A stretch of DNA of 63,829 nucleotides, filler included, from Folioceros fuciformis (GCA_049999805.1; 5 parts of 5 records of this genome joined end to end with filler, not necessarily neighbours in it); one strand, 5' to 3'. Counted from the whole stretch's first letter, positions 1-13,731 are shown. Made by a program: numbers and translations. The notes: a model not told the origin generated them from the letters alone.

Positions 1-720
1 GACTCAGCCTATTATAGAGATGAGGCGACTTAGGCACTGAACGGCTATGGCTTTCGGCCGACAGGGACTCTTGTTATGCTCGGCAGATCCACCATTGTCA
101 AAGACGGAGCATTCGCTTACAGAATGAATAGAGAAATTGGGTGTAGGGGAGATCCTTTTGCCTGTTCCAAGCTCTCTATTTTGCGCCTCAACAGCTGCCA
201 TTCCGATCCCAGATTCTGAAATGTTTCTGTCGTGACCATCGTATGCCAAAGTGATGCTCTCCTTTTCACTGCAATCCGAAGAACCTTGCAGGACAGTGGA
301 AGTGCGATGCCAGGTGGAATTGAACTTAGCTGCCAAGTTTTCGAAGCAACCTTTGCTTGGAGTCTGAGAACCAGCGGGGCCTTATTCGCAATGCCCTGTC
401 TCCTTGGCAAGTTGATAGCAGATAGGATTCCAGGGCACTGGATTTCCCGCTGGACTGATCGACAATAGCAACAATGGTTGCCAAGCTGATACCNNNNNNN
501 NNNNNNNNNNNNNNNNNNNNNNNNNNNNNNNNNNNNNNNNNNNNNNNNNNNNNNNNNNNNNNNNNNNNNNNNNNNNNNNNNNNNNNNNNNNNNAAGCTGA
601 TACCTTCCCCACAAACCACAACTTGCGCAGTCTGTCGTGTCCAGAATGGGCCGGATTTTGTCCTTGAACTTGAACTACAAAGTGGCTCCATGGTGATCCG
701 GGCCGCCCTCAGGGACATCC
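1..720 (-). pseudogene. Mx-like dynamin-related protein (DRP4 family), degenerate 5' part, paralogue of the adjacent copy
   Basis: Fragments FKDKIRPILDT, GISLATIVAIVDQSSGKSSALES (P-loop), NLPRRQGIANKAPLVLRLQ and LTMVDLPSITRVPVGRKP* lie in different frames and end at a stop. They are colinear with 3360-3900. Confidence 0.8.
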
Positions 721-1372
721 AAGGTGCAGGGGCGGGACGCCCAGCGTCAACAAAGGAGCTCATAAGAAGGACCGCGGCACGGCCGTGTGATAATTGCAAG
801 AAGTGAGTTAGGCGAGATTAGCTAGCATTATGTTTATGTAAGAACGTTAACAGGCAAGTCCGCAGGCCTCCAATTTCATCATCGCTTCTCGAGGCCGGTA
901 GGTTGATGCATCCTCACAACCCTTTAGGCCTAGCATGATTGCACTACTTAGTGGGTTGGTGTCGTTCAGTAGCGACTTCAATTGGAACCGCCAGAATGCG
1001 AAGCAACTAAATCTCAACAATCTTCAGACTCTGAAGTGGTGTCACCAGCGTGCACCTGCCTCGTTGCTCAAAGAGTCCTTGTCGAGATGTGGACGAAGCG
1101 AAGGCCCCGCAAAATTCTCTAACCTACTCATTCTCCACTCACCTTCCTACCTTGACCCGCTGATTCATCTTTTCCTCACAAGGCATGGTTTGACGTCACA
1201 TGCATACGAAGGCAACCCTACTGCAGCACTTGGTGCAGCAGAAGGCAAATTGAAATTGTTCTGCATTGCGAGCTGAAATGTCATGTTGCAACCATGATCC
1301 AAGTTTGTTGTGTAATACCAAGCTACACTGTGTAAGGTCGTAGCTGGAGTCGCAAAGTATCACACTCTGATA

Positions 1373-3993
1373 CTACAAACCATCAGCCATGGCCGTGGCC
1401 AGTTGTAAGCTTTGGCTGAGGACATCGATGCTGTGATTGAGTTGCTTTCGTTTCTCTGCCAAAGCAACATCTTCTGCCATCATGCCAACCATGTTCACGT
1501 TTGAAGAAGCTATGCTGGCCAACTTGTCCTGAACATCTTGTATCATGGCTTGCTGCAGAGAATAATTGATCTCGTGAGGGAGTACGTCCCCAATCCTCCT
1601 TTTGACCACTGTCCAGTAAGCTGCCAGGGATACCTTGATGTCCAATGCCGTCTGCAAAGCCGCAATTGCGACGTAAGATATGACCCGCAGCCACCTACCG
1701 ACGTTTACGGTCTATCTAGCCAGATAGAGTAACGTCAACACATCTCAAAGTACCTGATACTCTGCCTCCGTGGTTGGATACGTTGCTTCCGTTGGATCGA
1801 CGTGCAAAAGGTCGTCGCCATTCAGTGTGCTGGACTCGCCCCTAGTGAAAACTCGAGTCGATTTCCTGTTGGATTCAAGCTTTGCTTGTGCTGCTCGAAC
1901 AATTTCCATGTAGAGCTTGTTTCGGGTGTAGGTGACTCCTCTCTCTTTGGAGAGCATATTTCGCATGAATTTCTCGCACCTTTCTCGGCAGCTTTGAATA
2001 ACGTTACGGGCCGCCGCTTGACTCGTTTGTCTCAGTATCGGATATCCTTCAGTGCACTCCGTGATCACCTGAGCAACCCGACATAGAGAAGCCTGTCAAA
2101 AAGCTACAAGCCTCTAGACCCCATCACTGACAATTCATCCAGAATTCTGAGGGCCGGTTCTGAAACTAGAAGACAAGTCGTAAGAACAATGCACCTGCGT
2201 CTGCACGGTTTCTGCATAGTCGTGAACCACCTTCACGAGTTTTTCACTTTTTTCGGAGATCTTATCGAGCTCCTCACGCAACAGGGTTGTGAATAGGTGC
2301 GTTGGGAGAAAAATTGGCAGACAGTCCTTTGCTTTCCGACATGCGGGATACAATGTGTTTCGTATGAGCCTTTTCCATCAAGTTCGCCCCGGACCCCTCA
2401 AGGAAGCGAGTGAATGCTGGCAAAGTACAACAGGGTCACCCATATCACAAGAAAGGACACATTTTTTTGACGTAAAAGAAAAAAAATCACGCAGTACCAA
2501 CCTGCAAACATCTCATCAAGCCTTGCGGTGTAATGCAAGTCGGCTTGAGGATGCTTTTCGAATTCGCCATGGAGAACGAGATTCTTCACAATTTCGGTCC
2601 TGCTCATCATGAACGCCATGAAAGCCGGGCCAGCATGCTCCACCTTTGGAGGCAATGCTTCCATCTCTTTTTCTTTCAACCTGAGTTCTGGTACAAGAAA
2701 GTTGAACACGAGATGAAGGGTTGTGAAAAGGATGACCATGTTTGCAACGGCAAGACTTAGAAGTTGAGTGAAATCGTGACCAGGGACTCTACTTTTCCTC
2801 ATCTGCTCGATGATCTTTGGTAGGCATTTCGCGATGCTGTTGGCCTGGATCTTGGTCAGGCGGTCAGAAAGGGCAGGGACGCCCACAATGGATTTGTCCA
2901 GCTTGGACAAGAGCTCATGAGACTCAAAGAGCTTCTTCTCAGCCTGCCTGGCTTGTTCGTGGGTCTCAGCATCTGCAACCCTGTTCCGCACACAGATGTA
3001 ACCAAGGCCGATTTTCACTGCGTTTGTTGCGACCTTCTCCAAGAGGCCCTCGAGATTCTGGTCGACCTGGACATACGCATCCAGATTGTATGAATGGCTG
3101 AAACACATTGCTCCAACACAAGTGAGATGTACGCCCAAAACAGCAGCTACTGAAAGCAAGAAACATCGGATGCACTATTGATCACCTTCGTCACTACAGC
3201 CAATGTCCTTTCTCCATCTCTATCTGCCTGCTGGGACATTCTGATGGACTCGCAAGTCGGAAAGTCTACGTTTGCTGGGATAACATTCAGGATGATAGTA
3301 TCATCAGAAGTGATATATTTTCGGATGATTTTCGCGATCTGCTCGTAGATGTCCTCCGGCTGTCCGAAGACAGGAACTCGTGTTATGCCATGCAGGTCCA
3401 CCATGGTCAAATCTGGGGCATTTGCTTTCCGGATACGAAGAGAGATGGGCGTGGAAGAAATGCTTTTCCCGGTTCCAGCCACCGCATCTTGTGCTTCGAC
3501 TACCGCCATCTCGATGTCCTCTTCTGAAATCATCTGCCCTCCGCCGTCGTACTCGATTGTGATGCTCTCCTCTTGGCTGCAATCCGAAGAAAGATGCCAG
3601 TTGATATCTCCGGAAGATAAAGTTGTCTTTGTCAGCGAATTGAAGCTAAACTCGTATGCGTGCCTTGCTTGGAGCATGATAACCAGCGGGGCTCTGGTTG
3701 CAATGCCCTGTCCCCGGGGCAAGCGAATGCCAGCTAAGGACTCCAGGACGCTGGATTTTCCACTGGATTGATCGCCAACAACAACAATGATTGGAAGGCT
3801 TATTCCCTCCTCCATCAACTCCCAAATTGCGAATCCTATCGATAGTGTCCAGAATGGGCCGGATTTTTTCCTTGAACTTGCACTCCAGATCGGTTCCATC
3901 CAGTCCTGACTCGTCCTGAGGGGCATCCGCAGGTTCGGCTGGAAATGCAGCCCTCTTTGCATCGACGAGTCCCATGGTCCGTGCCGGTGGCAT
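1373..3993 (-). pseudogene. DRP4: Mx-like dynamin-related protein (DRP4 family), full length with about 7 exons, two frameshifts
   Basis: G1 GDQSSGKSS, G2 T in GIATRAPL, G3 DLHG, G4 TK/VD split by intron 3067-3185, GLGYICVRNR, a middle domain and a C-terminal GED (AAYWTVVKRRIGD...EKRKQL). Frame breaks occur at about 3810 (RIRNLG / MEEGISLP) and about 2321 (ESKGL / LPIFLP). Confidence 0.85.
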
Positions 3994-4373
3994 GAAGAAA
4001 TGGAAAGGGCTCTCAGAGATGAGCAGGAGAAGTCCTTCATTTACGCCCCCTACAGATTCCTTTTGTACATCCTTGTGGCAGACGGTGGTTTTTCTTTAAT
4101 CAGTAATTGGCGCGGTAGGTTGTTGTTGGCCAGTGTCCAACGACTCCCAGCGGGCACCGCTACCACCAGGCCAAGCCTTCGAGACAAAACATTATTGGAG
4201 GAGTTACTTAGCCTTGATAGAGGTTTGGATGTTTGTTGTGACTCTATAAGCATAGAAAGGGCAACAAGGTAGGACATGTTTGAACGTTGGATGTCATTCT
4301 AAATAAATATTTTTTTTATTTTTTTATTAATGAAAAAGAAATAAAAGCCCTATATACTCCAAAGATTGAAGGA

Positions 4374-4640
4374 AAGACCAAAAGGTACTAAACTAAGTGT
4401 CTCTTTTCATTTGGTTGAAACAAAACTAAAACTACTAAAAACAGGATATTCTCCTTTTGGTGCGAGGAAAGATTCCCAATTAGTTTTGGCCCTCCCCTCC
4501 TCAAGCAAGCCAAAGACCAAAAGGGTACTAAACTAAGCGTCTCTTTTCATGTGGTTGAAACAAAACCAAAACTACTAAAAATAGGATATTCTCCTTTCGG
4601 TGCGAGGAAAGATTCCCAATTAGTTTTGGCCCTCCCCTCC
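4374..4640. repeat. Direct duplication of about 130 bp (2 copies)
   Basis: aagaccaaaaggtactaaactaag...gattcccaattagttttggccctcccctcc occurs at about 4374-4500 and about 4513-4640. Confidence 0.9.
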
Positions 4641-4932
4641 TTTGTGCTTTTCGTGCCAATATTTGGCACCCTGACGGGCTATGGGCAATGCCTTTCACCA
4701 AGGCATGCCATCGCTTTGTGGAGCAGCCACATTGTTTCTTCTCCATTGTAGAGATTGTCACGCACTGCGGTTGTCGCAAAGCACATTGGAGCTATCAACT
4801 CTTGGTTCTTGATTCCCAGCAACCTCCTCTTCAATTGCAACAATTTTTTCTGCCTTCCTCTTAGCAGCATCACGCTGAGAGGTCTCCATTGCCTTTGTAG
4901 TTCCACATAGACCTCTTTCTCCCTTTGCTCCA

Positions 4933-5700
4933 TTGGCTCCATCTCCAACAACACGAATGTCTTGGAAAAACAATAATTGCCTCGTGCTTCAAGCAGTTGT
5001 GAGAATCAAAGAAGAGAAATGGGCATTTGGTGGCGTAAAGAAGAAGATGAAGTCCGCAATGGTGAGGAGGGATGCAATAGCTGCTTATTGTGTGAAGCAT
5101 GGCACCAATGCTTCCTTTGACCAGTGCAAATCCAAGTGGGAACTGTTACGGCAACAATGGAAGAATATTTCTAATTGTAGTCGACATGGAATGCGAAGTG
5201 GTCACTTAGACTAATGGAGAATGACTTAATTAAATAGGAAAGATAAAATTTGCGTATGGACTTCAACCTGGAATTGTATTAAACCATTGCAGCTTGGATG
5301 GTGGTTGTGAACTCAGCTGTTTACCCTCCAAATGATATGATTGTCAACTCCAATTTTTTGCACACTCCAGGTACTTTAAGTTGCTCAACGATACCTACTA
5401 AGTAAATCTCCGGTTCTCAACAAGATGCTTCAAGTGAGCCCATAGTGGAGGCATCAAAAGCTCCAGCAAATCCCCAACAATGGATAATGAAGACAACTAA
5501 GCGTAGAAAATTAAAGGAGAAGACCGTTAATACCACGTTGTACACAATTACTCAATCATTTGTCCAAGCTCTCCGTGTTGTTGAAGACAAGAGAGGCATG
5601 GATCATACTAAGAGCATGCAGCTAACTGGATACAAGGAAGCATGAGGAGTTGTTACAATGCAACGAAGACATGGTTTACGTGGTGAACAATATGGTGGAA
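4933..5700 (+). mobile_element. Degenerate Myb/SANT (trihelix-like) ORF of a PIF/Harbinger element
   Basis: AIAAYCVKHG...FDQCKSKWELLRQQWKNI resembles a Myb/trihelix helix. It has downstream stops and is convergent with a Harbinger transposase remnant. Confidence 0.65.
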
Positions 5701-5879
5701 GTTAATAGAGAGCTTGGGCTTGGTTTTGTTGCAACTTAATGGAAAATTCGAGGTGGCCTTCTCAAGCTAAGTGATAAATTATGATCTGTTGGTTGTGGTC
5801 TATAAAATGAACTTTAGATTCAAATGAAAATTGGAAACTTGTTGAAGTAAGTTATGGAATTAGACAAGGTAGAGACCAT

Positions 5880-6420
5880 GTTGCATGATTCATGTAATGG
5901 CAAATCTTTAAAAAAATTTATCTTCCTCTCTATGCAACGAAACTCAAAAAATGTACTCTTGTTGGAAAGCTCTTATCAAGAGCTACATGGTAGTATAACA
6001 AATATTCTAATGCAAGGTGTAAATAGAGAGTTACAAGCACTAGACTATACCACGCTGCATAATTTACGTAATGGCAAATTTTGAGAAATTCGTATCTCCC
6101 TTCAGATGCCATGAAACTCAAGAAATGTACACTTGTTGAAAAGCTATTGTCAAGAGCTACATGGTGATATAAAAATCATTGTAATGAAAGGTGTGCACAA
6201 AGAGTTACGAGCACAGGACTAAGCAGGAACTACGTTGCATGATTCATGTGATGGCAAATCTTTAGAAATTCATATCTTCCTCCAAATGCAACTAAACTCA
6301 AGCAATGTACACTAGTTGAAAAGCTCTTGTCAAGAGCTACATGGTGGTATAAAAATTAATGTGATACAAGTTTTGTAGGGAGAGTTATAAACAATGGGTG
6401 AAGAGAAACCAAGTTGCACA
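5880..6420. repeat. Tandem repeat, unit about 175-180 bp, about 3 copies
   Basis: Units start gttgcatgattcatgt / gctgcataatttacgt at about 5880, 6054 and 6234. Each contains aaagctcttgtcaagagctacatggt or a near variant. Confidence 0.9.
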
Positions 6421-6679
6421 CTTCAAACGTGAACCAACTTTTCAAGTGAATATCAAACTCTGGTTGAAACCAAACTAAAACCACATAGGCTTGTTTCAAA
6501 GCCCTTCTATGGAGTTACTATATAGGGCTACTCGTTGAGGTCGAAATCATGCTTCTTCTACCATAAGACAAGAGCTAGCTAATCCCGTAAACTTTCCCCT
6601 ACGGGATTTGTGGCCCTTGCATTTGGAACTCTAATGTAGTGAGGATCGTGCTCAGGGATTATGGTCAACATTACTATCT

Positions 6680-7440
6680 TGCATATCAATATTAATGTTA
6701 TGTAGTATACAACAGTAGAATTGCCAACAACAGAATACAACAACCAACGTGGCAACTTGCTTTGGATCTGGTGAAACTGAATATTTGTTCAAGATATGCC
6801 ATGTACCTTTCAGATGTCCAAATGCCCTTTCTATGACAGTCTTGCTTTAGTTGTATTTATAGTTGAAGGACTCCTTGAACATGCTCAAGTTTCTACTAAG
6901 GAAGTGAACAATGAGTAAAGAAAGTAATGGAAAATCGGCATCACCAATTATATACTCTTGGATTCTATGAGGTCCAATAAGTATATCAGATCCATGAAGT
7001 TACTCCTTGTCTTCTACTAGTTGGTATAGGCTAGAATAATTAAGAGCTTTATAATCATTTACACTTCCTGGCAAGAAGTGAGTGACCACACAAACCTCCA
7101 CACCACCTTACGCAAGGTTGACTCGGCTACACAAAACAATTCAGCAACAACTTTGAGAGAATCTCAAGTCCCCAATCTTGTGAGAACCATAGTTACCTGT
7201 TTTGCAACATGCAACTTACAGTTTGGCAAGGTAATGAGACATGGAGGGAGATGTCTAGTAAAGTCAAGAGCAACAACACTACAGATGTAATTGAATGTAG
7301 TTGGAGAGACTTTGATCATCTCTCTCCAACGGTCAAGATCTCCACTTAGAACAATGGTCATAAACGTTTCCCACCAATGAAGTGATCGTGGTTTGATGTA
7401 GTACATACCTACCCTTCTCTCAAGCTTCCAGTGCAATCAA
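6680..7440 (-). mobile_element. PIF/Harbinger DDE transposase remnant
   Basis: The minus strand gives HWWETF..RWREMIKVSPTTFNYIC, LPGSVNDYKALNYSSLY, EYIIGDADFPLL, VIERAFGHLKGTWHIL and CCILHN, which are DDE_Tnp_4-type motifs. It carries stops, frameshifts and an apparent internal deletion. Confidence 0.88.
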
Positions 7441-8751
7441 GCTGATGTGCATATGAGTAGCCACATTGTGGTGAGGAGGGTGTCTTCCTCATTTGCCACT
7501 CTCGTTGGGGAAGAACACAAACATGGACATTTCGTAGACAAAAAGCTCGCTTGTAGATGTAGTTGCGACGCTGTGTACTGAGCGCTTGGGATTGTGACCA
7601 CAGCGGCCATCATAGCTCCGAGAATCAGGTGCTCTTGACGATCAGCCATGATCGCGCTAACAAAAAAGAACTAATTTATGAGGTGCTCTCAATGACAAAG
7701 AAGTAGTTCTGAGGTGCACCATCGGAAGCAGCATTTCATCCCAATGAGTGCCCTCTAAATCCAGCACTTTTTAGCCACATGCACAGTGTTATGGAACATA
7801 GAAAGTGCCCTAAAACTTATTTGTCCAAATTAATTTGGGTACACATGGAAAGCAACTCTAAGAAAAGGAGAATACAATAGCGGATGTGAATCTAAACTAT
7901 AAGCCTTGAAAGGAGAATAAGGTGAAATATAAGCCTAGAAAGAAGAATTCTATTGGAATTAAGGAGGATAGACTACCCACCTAAAAGTACCAACTTGCTT
8001 TGCTTTGGCTTTTCTTGTCAATATGAGACATCCCGAAAGAGAGTCATATCCCGGTCCAAAATTTTGTATACTGAACAAAATATGAATGAAAAATAAATAA
8101 AATCAATGGTCGTCATTTCAGCCAATAAGGTAGTGAAATTCCCATGCAGGTCGAAGATGGGAGTTTCAAGACATTTCAGGATCTACGAACGGAGTTTTTT
8201 CTTAGTAAGAAGATGGTCAATAGAGAGACATGTGATTGCGGAAGTAATGAGATAATTTTCAGGAAAGAACGCAACACTCGAGTTTGAATGTGGAAACCCA
8301 CAGTGCAATGTCAATTCTTGCAGTTATTTAATCAGTCGGGACGACACACAAGCTCAAACTAAGAGGGGACTTGAATCCCACCTTACATGAGAACTGGCCA
8401 TTCCACCAGAGTGAGCACACTTATTCTGTGCATTTATGGCATAAGTTACCTGCGAGTATTGCGAACTGCACCAAATGGTTCTTCACAATCCAGCCGCCTG
8501 AGAGGGTGACACCGCTTCCAGGTGCTGACCAGCTTCTTCCAGAGCAGAGCCCCCAGGGCTTTCGTCAGAACGAAAGCTTACTCGCCAATGCAGGATAACG
8601 GACCTCCATTATGTACAACGGCATTTACGGGGTCTGCCATCCCAGATAGCTAACGCTAGCTCCAACTCCCTAAACCCATTAGAACAATTGAAACTCTAAG
8701 GCAATTGTGAGCAAGCTTCATTCCTGTGAGGCTCATGCCAATCGCGATATA

Positions 8752-11051
8752 TCAAGATGAATCTGCACTGGCCACATCTTCTTCATTAACCGTCAACCAA
8801 TCGTCAGACTCCAGCTTGTCTGACTTCGAAGAGGCAGCTTCAGGATTGCCTTCTGTTGACACCAAATCTGCATCACTTTTAGTTGCCACTGGTGGCGGCT
8901 TTCTGCCCTCCGCTACCTGTGATGACGAGGGCAAATTGGTGTCCTCATCTTCCAAATCACTGAAGGACACATCTTCATCCAGGGCGGTATTGCCACCCGC
9001 ACCTGCCTCGTTGCTCAAAGGGTCCTCATCAAGCCACTCCTCAGCATCCCCATTATCATCCTCAAGCTGCAGCTTTGAGGACACTGCTTGCTTTTGCAAA
9101 TCACCAGCAACTGTATCCAGACCTGCATTACCACTCTTCAGCGATTCAAAAGCTTTTGTTTCCTCTGAGAACCCGTCTGGTCCCGAAGCTGCATCTGGTG
9201 ACGGTTCTGCCGATGGCGTCAATGTTTTGGGCTCCGGAGCAGCAGCAACTTGGTCTTGGATACTCTTCGAGTTGTCCTCCAACCAGCTATGCACTCCTTT
9301 CATTTCCACATGCTCTTCAAATGATTCTGACTCCTGGTTCCCACCCTCCCGTTTCAACAACTCATTGAGGAGATCTTTGCGAGCCTCAACGATCTGCAGC
9401 AGAATTTCAATTAGGACCCGACGCAAGATGAACATCGTAGACACAAAGAGCTTAGGAACCTCCTACAAGGCTAACTACAAGCAAGACCCACACTAAGATA
9501 GAATAAAAAATCTGTGCAGGCTACGACGAGGATCCTGGTTGCATGAAAGCTCTTTCAGACCTGAACGAAGAAACAACCCACATCACGTAAACCTTGATCC
9601 ACATCCACAGACCTTCATGCGACGTGAGTGCAACAAACCTGAGGGGTGCATAGAAGCTCAGAATCTTCCTTGTTAAGACGAGATTGCAGAAGGACAAAGT
9701 AGATCTTCCAAAAGCGTCCGTCACTCATATACTCCGGACACATCTCAATCCTCAGGGCAGCAAGACTTGGAGCTTGAAGCTCCAACGCATTTACATGCTC
9801 ATGCTGCGCCACACTTAGCTGGAAATCTGGACATAAATGGCCACATATACAACAGGCTCATCACATATGTTTGAAGTGAAGGACGAGCCAAACCAGCAAC
9901 TATCCTGTAACAACGAGAAACTTGTAGCCACATGTAAAGATCCACACTTCTCGACAAATCAGCAAGCTACACAGTGTAAATGAGGTGTACTGACCATCTT
10001 CCTCCTCATCATCAACCAAGGGAAATTCCAGCCAAGTCTCCGGATGCATGGCAATGTTGCTCGCAAATGCAATAACCTCATTGGTTACACCAATGGCCAA
10101 CAATCTGTCCTCGGAACCATCTGAGGCCTTAGAGTAAGAATCTAAAGAAAACGGCAAGAAGCTCGAAGCCAGTTTTGAAAATTCACTAATTCCAGTCGCA
10201 AGTGCTGTTGGAAAGTCGTCTTGAGTGGATGCCTTGGGACCATCTTTAAAACCCTCAGACGACTCAGCTTGCTCATCCTCAGCACCCCAAGGTTCAAATT
10301 CAAGGTCCTTTCCACCATCTCTATCCTCGACATCACGGGCTAGGAGATTATCCAGAATTGGTTTCAAGAGCGAATTAAACCCAACATTTCTGCTAGAATG
10401 CTCAGAATCGCCAGACTGCGGAGAACCAGGTGATGACTTCGCATGAGCATCGAAGTCCTCACCTGCAACAGCTCGGATAACAGACGACGAAAACCTAGAC
10501 AGTCCCGTGGATAGCGAACCTGTCAACTCCGCAATATCACTTCTTATACCCAATAGACCATGGTCTGGTCCCCAAAGTTGTTCACCCAAACCACGACTTG
10601 GTGCCTGTGAATCATCTGCGGGTGCCTTCCCAGTTATTTTAGGCGAGGTCTTTTCAGGGCTGGGATGTACAGTAGCCAAAGCCTCCGGATCACCCTTGGG
10701 AACAAAGGTAGCCTTTCCCTCTGCATGCGGAGAGCTGATTAAAACTCCTCTGTCTTCATCCTCGTCGTTAACAGGAGACAGAAGCTCAGCCGTGTCTTCC
10801 TCGGTCGATCCTTCCTCCACGGCCTCCCCGGGAGGCGGGGCCAAAAAGGAAGCAACTCCCCACAACTGCCTGGTCAAGGTCTTCCTCAATTCCGACAGGT
10901 CCTCCCTGACGCCCTTCCCAGTAGGACTATTTCGAGGAGAGATGGCATCCTCATCGTCCATCTCTGTTATCTCCTTATCGTCCTTATCCTCCCTCGGTCG
11001 GCCCTGCCCCGAGGGCAAAGAGCCAGAGAAGGAACGTGAAAACCACGACAT
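8752..11051 (-). CDS. BSD domain-containing protein (exons 11051-9995, 9826-9639, 9393-8752)
   Basis: Canonical GT-AG introns join in frame. Conserved segments include LTRQLWGVASFLAP, GVTNEVIAFASNIAMHPETWLEFP and CPEYMSDGRFWKIYFVLL, followed by an acidic tail DVSFSDLED...DDWL. Confidence 0.92.
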
Positions 11052-12411
11052 AGGAAACCACTTTTGCTGCAGCCCGAGAATTCCCTTCCCACTGAAACAG
11101 GACCCGAAACCCTCCTACTCCGAGCGTCACCCTTCCCTCCCGATCACCCCTTCCCCTTCACGACACCAGCAGAAGCCTACCCGCAGACCTCCTCTTGGAC
11201 GCCTATCCCATAGTGCATCACGACCACCTCCGAGACACAAGACACGAAAGCTTGCCACTTACGACAAGAGTGAGATACGATTTCATGCTCCCCGCACTCA
11301 AATCACAATTGGCCGGCAACAACAGCACATCCACGGGCTGGACTGCTCAGGCAAACGGGTCTCACCACAAATTGTAACGCATCATCACAGGCAACACACA
11401 GCACACGTCCTCCAGAATCCAAGGAACCACGGGAGCATCAATCACGCCTCACACCACTCCCTGTGAGGGCCTGCTCCACAAGCACTCAATTCACGCATCC
11501 ACACCGCGCATCGGGTCCAGAGCAGGGTGCCAAACCCGAATTCGGCCTAGGACCCCATCCACGGAGCGTCCAGTGCAGCCATTGTCCAGGAGGCTCGCCA
11601 ACGCAAAACGCATCTGGACGCAGCGAGTTTGCATGTGCAGGCCACAGGCTGGAACAGACGATTGCAGCCTAATTGCAGCAGCACAAAATGCAGCAGAGGG
11701 TTTGGATGGCGCGACAGTGGAAGGCAGGGAAAGGACGCGACTGAGGTCCCTCCACCACTGCCATTCCGTCACCACCCCATTCATGCATGCCGTTCCTGGC
11801 ACTTAGTCTTTCCCTAATTCAGATCAATGTCCACAGATCATCCATTAATCACTTGCCACTTTACTCGCATTGTTGCCCAACCGTGCAAATACCGTAGGTG
11901 CACGCCGATGTCTCTGCTCCCTCTCTCTCCGAATTAAGATTCAACTTACCTTTCCTGGTTCTTTCCTGCAGAATAATAACAACTCTATATGGCCGTGCGG
12001 AGCACGACCATCTACACCAAAACATAGATACATATTACTTCATACCATTTCTTTTTTTTATAGAACTGGTAATTAGATATTTAAAAATTTGTATATCTTT
12101 TTTAACTTGAGAACAAAGTTCTATCCTAAAATCTCGTGAGTATAACTAGTGAGTAACTTGACAAAGAGGAAAATCTAGATTTTTTTAATAGCTAATAAAT
12201 ATGTTTTTTACAGAAAAAATATGTATTATTTATATCATTCCTGAAGGAATAGAAAACCTAGTTTTATTTTTTAAAATTTTTTATTTTATTCATACTTCTA
12301 TCTTCTTACTTCATATTATCGATCCAGATAGGTAAATCTGAAGACTTTATAAAAAAAGAGAGGAAGTCCCTCTACCCCTATGACAAGGTGAACAACCCTA
12401 CAATTCCCTAT

Positions 12412-12576
12412 CACCCCCAAGATGTCGTATTCAAGTGTAAGGTATGGCCTACTTACCACCAGGGCCACCCCCAAGATGTCGTATTCAAGTGTAAGGTATA
12501 GCCTACTTACCACCAAGGCCACCCCTAAGATGTCGTATTCAAGTACAAGGTATAGCCTACTTACCACCAGGGCCAC
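12412..12576. repeat. 57-bp tandem repeat, about 3 copies
   Basis: cacccccaagatgtcgtattcaagtgtaaggtatagcctacttaccaccagggc repeated. It generates the repetitive ORFs at 12316-12712. Confidence 0.92.
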
Positions 12577-13304
12577 TGAAGTGGCATCTACTGTGTTTGA
12601 CGTTCGAAAAATCGTGTTAGCCAAGGCCTTTTGTAGGATAATTGAAACCCGTTGGTGTTATCGATCCATGGTGTTTTTCAAATCCCTAATTAGGTCACGC
12701 GATCTTGCATAAGTATACTTCAAATGGATTGCACTTAAAGAATACGAACTTACTATATGTCCTTTGCTAGCACATATCTACTATATCACTATAACAACTT
12801 GTTAATAATTCAAACTCACACATCACTCTTCATCACAATTGACTCACCTATGGTAAGTTGCTCAACCCATTGAAGCATCAACCTAATTTTTAGGAAGCTT
12901 CCTGCATAGCTTCATGTGAGCTTCTTGTGAAGCTTCCTTGGGAGCTTTTCTAGAGGGTATAAATACCCTCTTGAGCTCCCTTTGCAAGAGAGATGAGAGA
13001 GAGTTGTGAGAGCTGTGAGAGACACTGTGAGACCTCTCTTTCTCCTCTCCTCCTCTCTTCCTCTCCTCTTCTCCTTTATCATGTGGCTCCCTTTTCGATC
13101 CTTCAAGGATCACAAGGTGTAATGACCAGGGTGAAGGGGCTTACCCCTAGCTCTTGATTGTAAAGGATGTGTCTTTCTCTCGACCTGTCCACTCTTGTTC
13201 CCTGTTTGGACAAGTGCTGTAGGCTGGCCATGTGTCATGGCATCAGGTAAGGTTGTGGGGAGGAGATATCCGAGGGGGTGTGGGGGGAGTGTGCTCCCTT
13301 CTTT

Positions 13305-13731
13305 CTCTTCTTTGGGGTTAGTCTAGTGACTCTTGCTGCGTAGGAGGAGTCAATAGGGAAGTTTAGAAGGTAGTGGTGTCGTTTTTAGTTGTTGGTGTTG
13401 GTGCTGGAGTGAGAGAGCGAGTGAAGTGAGTGAGGGAAGTCGCAGATCTGAGAGGTTAGGGTCGTTGTAGTGACTGGAGTGAGTTTGTGGGCACCAAGAG
13501 AGGTGCAGCTGACTGCTGGACAGCGAGGCCTGACCTACGCCTGATCGGAGCTGGAGGGGAGCTCTCGAATCCATCATCGAGTCAATTGAGTCCGACCCTC
13601 CATCCACAGTAGCAAGGAACCTCATCGCTGCTTTGTGGGAACGAAACCCAATGTCTCAACGAGAGTGGGATAAGTGTGGCCACTAAAGGTGGAACCCGTC
13701 GGCAATCAATGCCCGGGGTTTTGCCTCCACA
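13305..13731 (+). mobile_element. Dispersed LTR-like repeat, copy A (intron-less)
   Basis: Colinear with 54085-54602. Similarity ends abruptly at ...ggggttttgcctccaCA. Confidence 0.65.

Noticed and set aside
483..604. 100-N gap apparently hiding coding sequence
   Set aside because: The 11-mer aagctgatacc is duplicated on both flanks and the protein reads straight across (GEGISLATIV), so the gap is an overlap artefact.
8726..11466. Long plus-strand ORFs of 256 and 319 aa
   Set aside because: Antisense shadows of the BSD gene exons, with no domain content.
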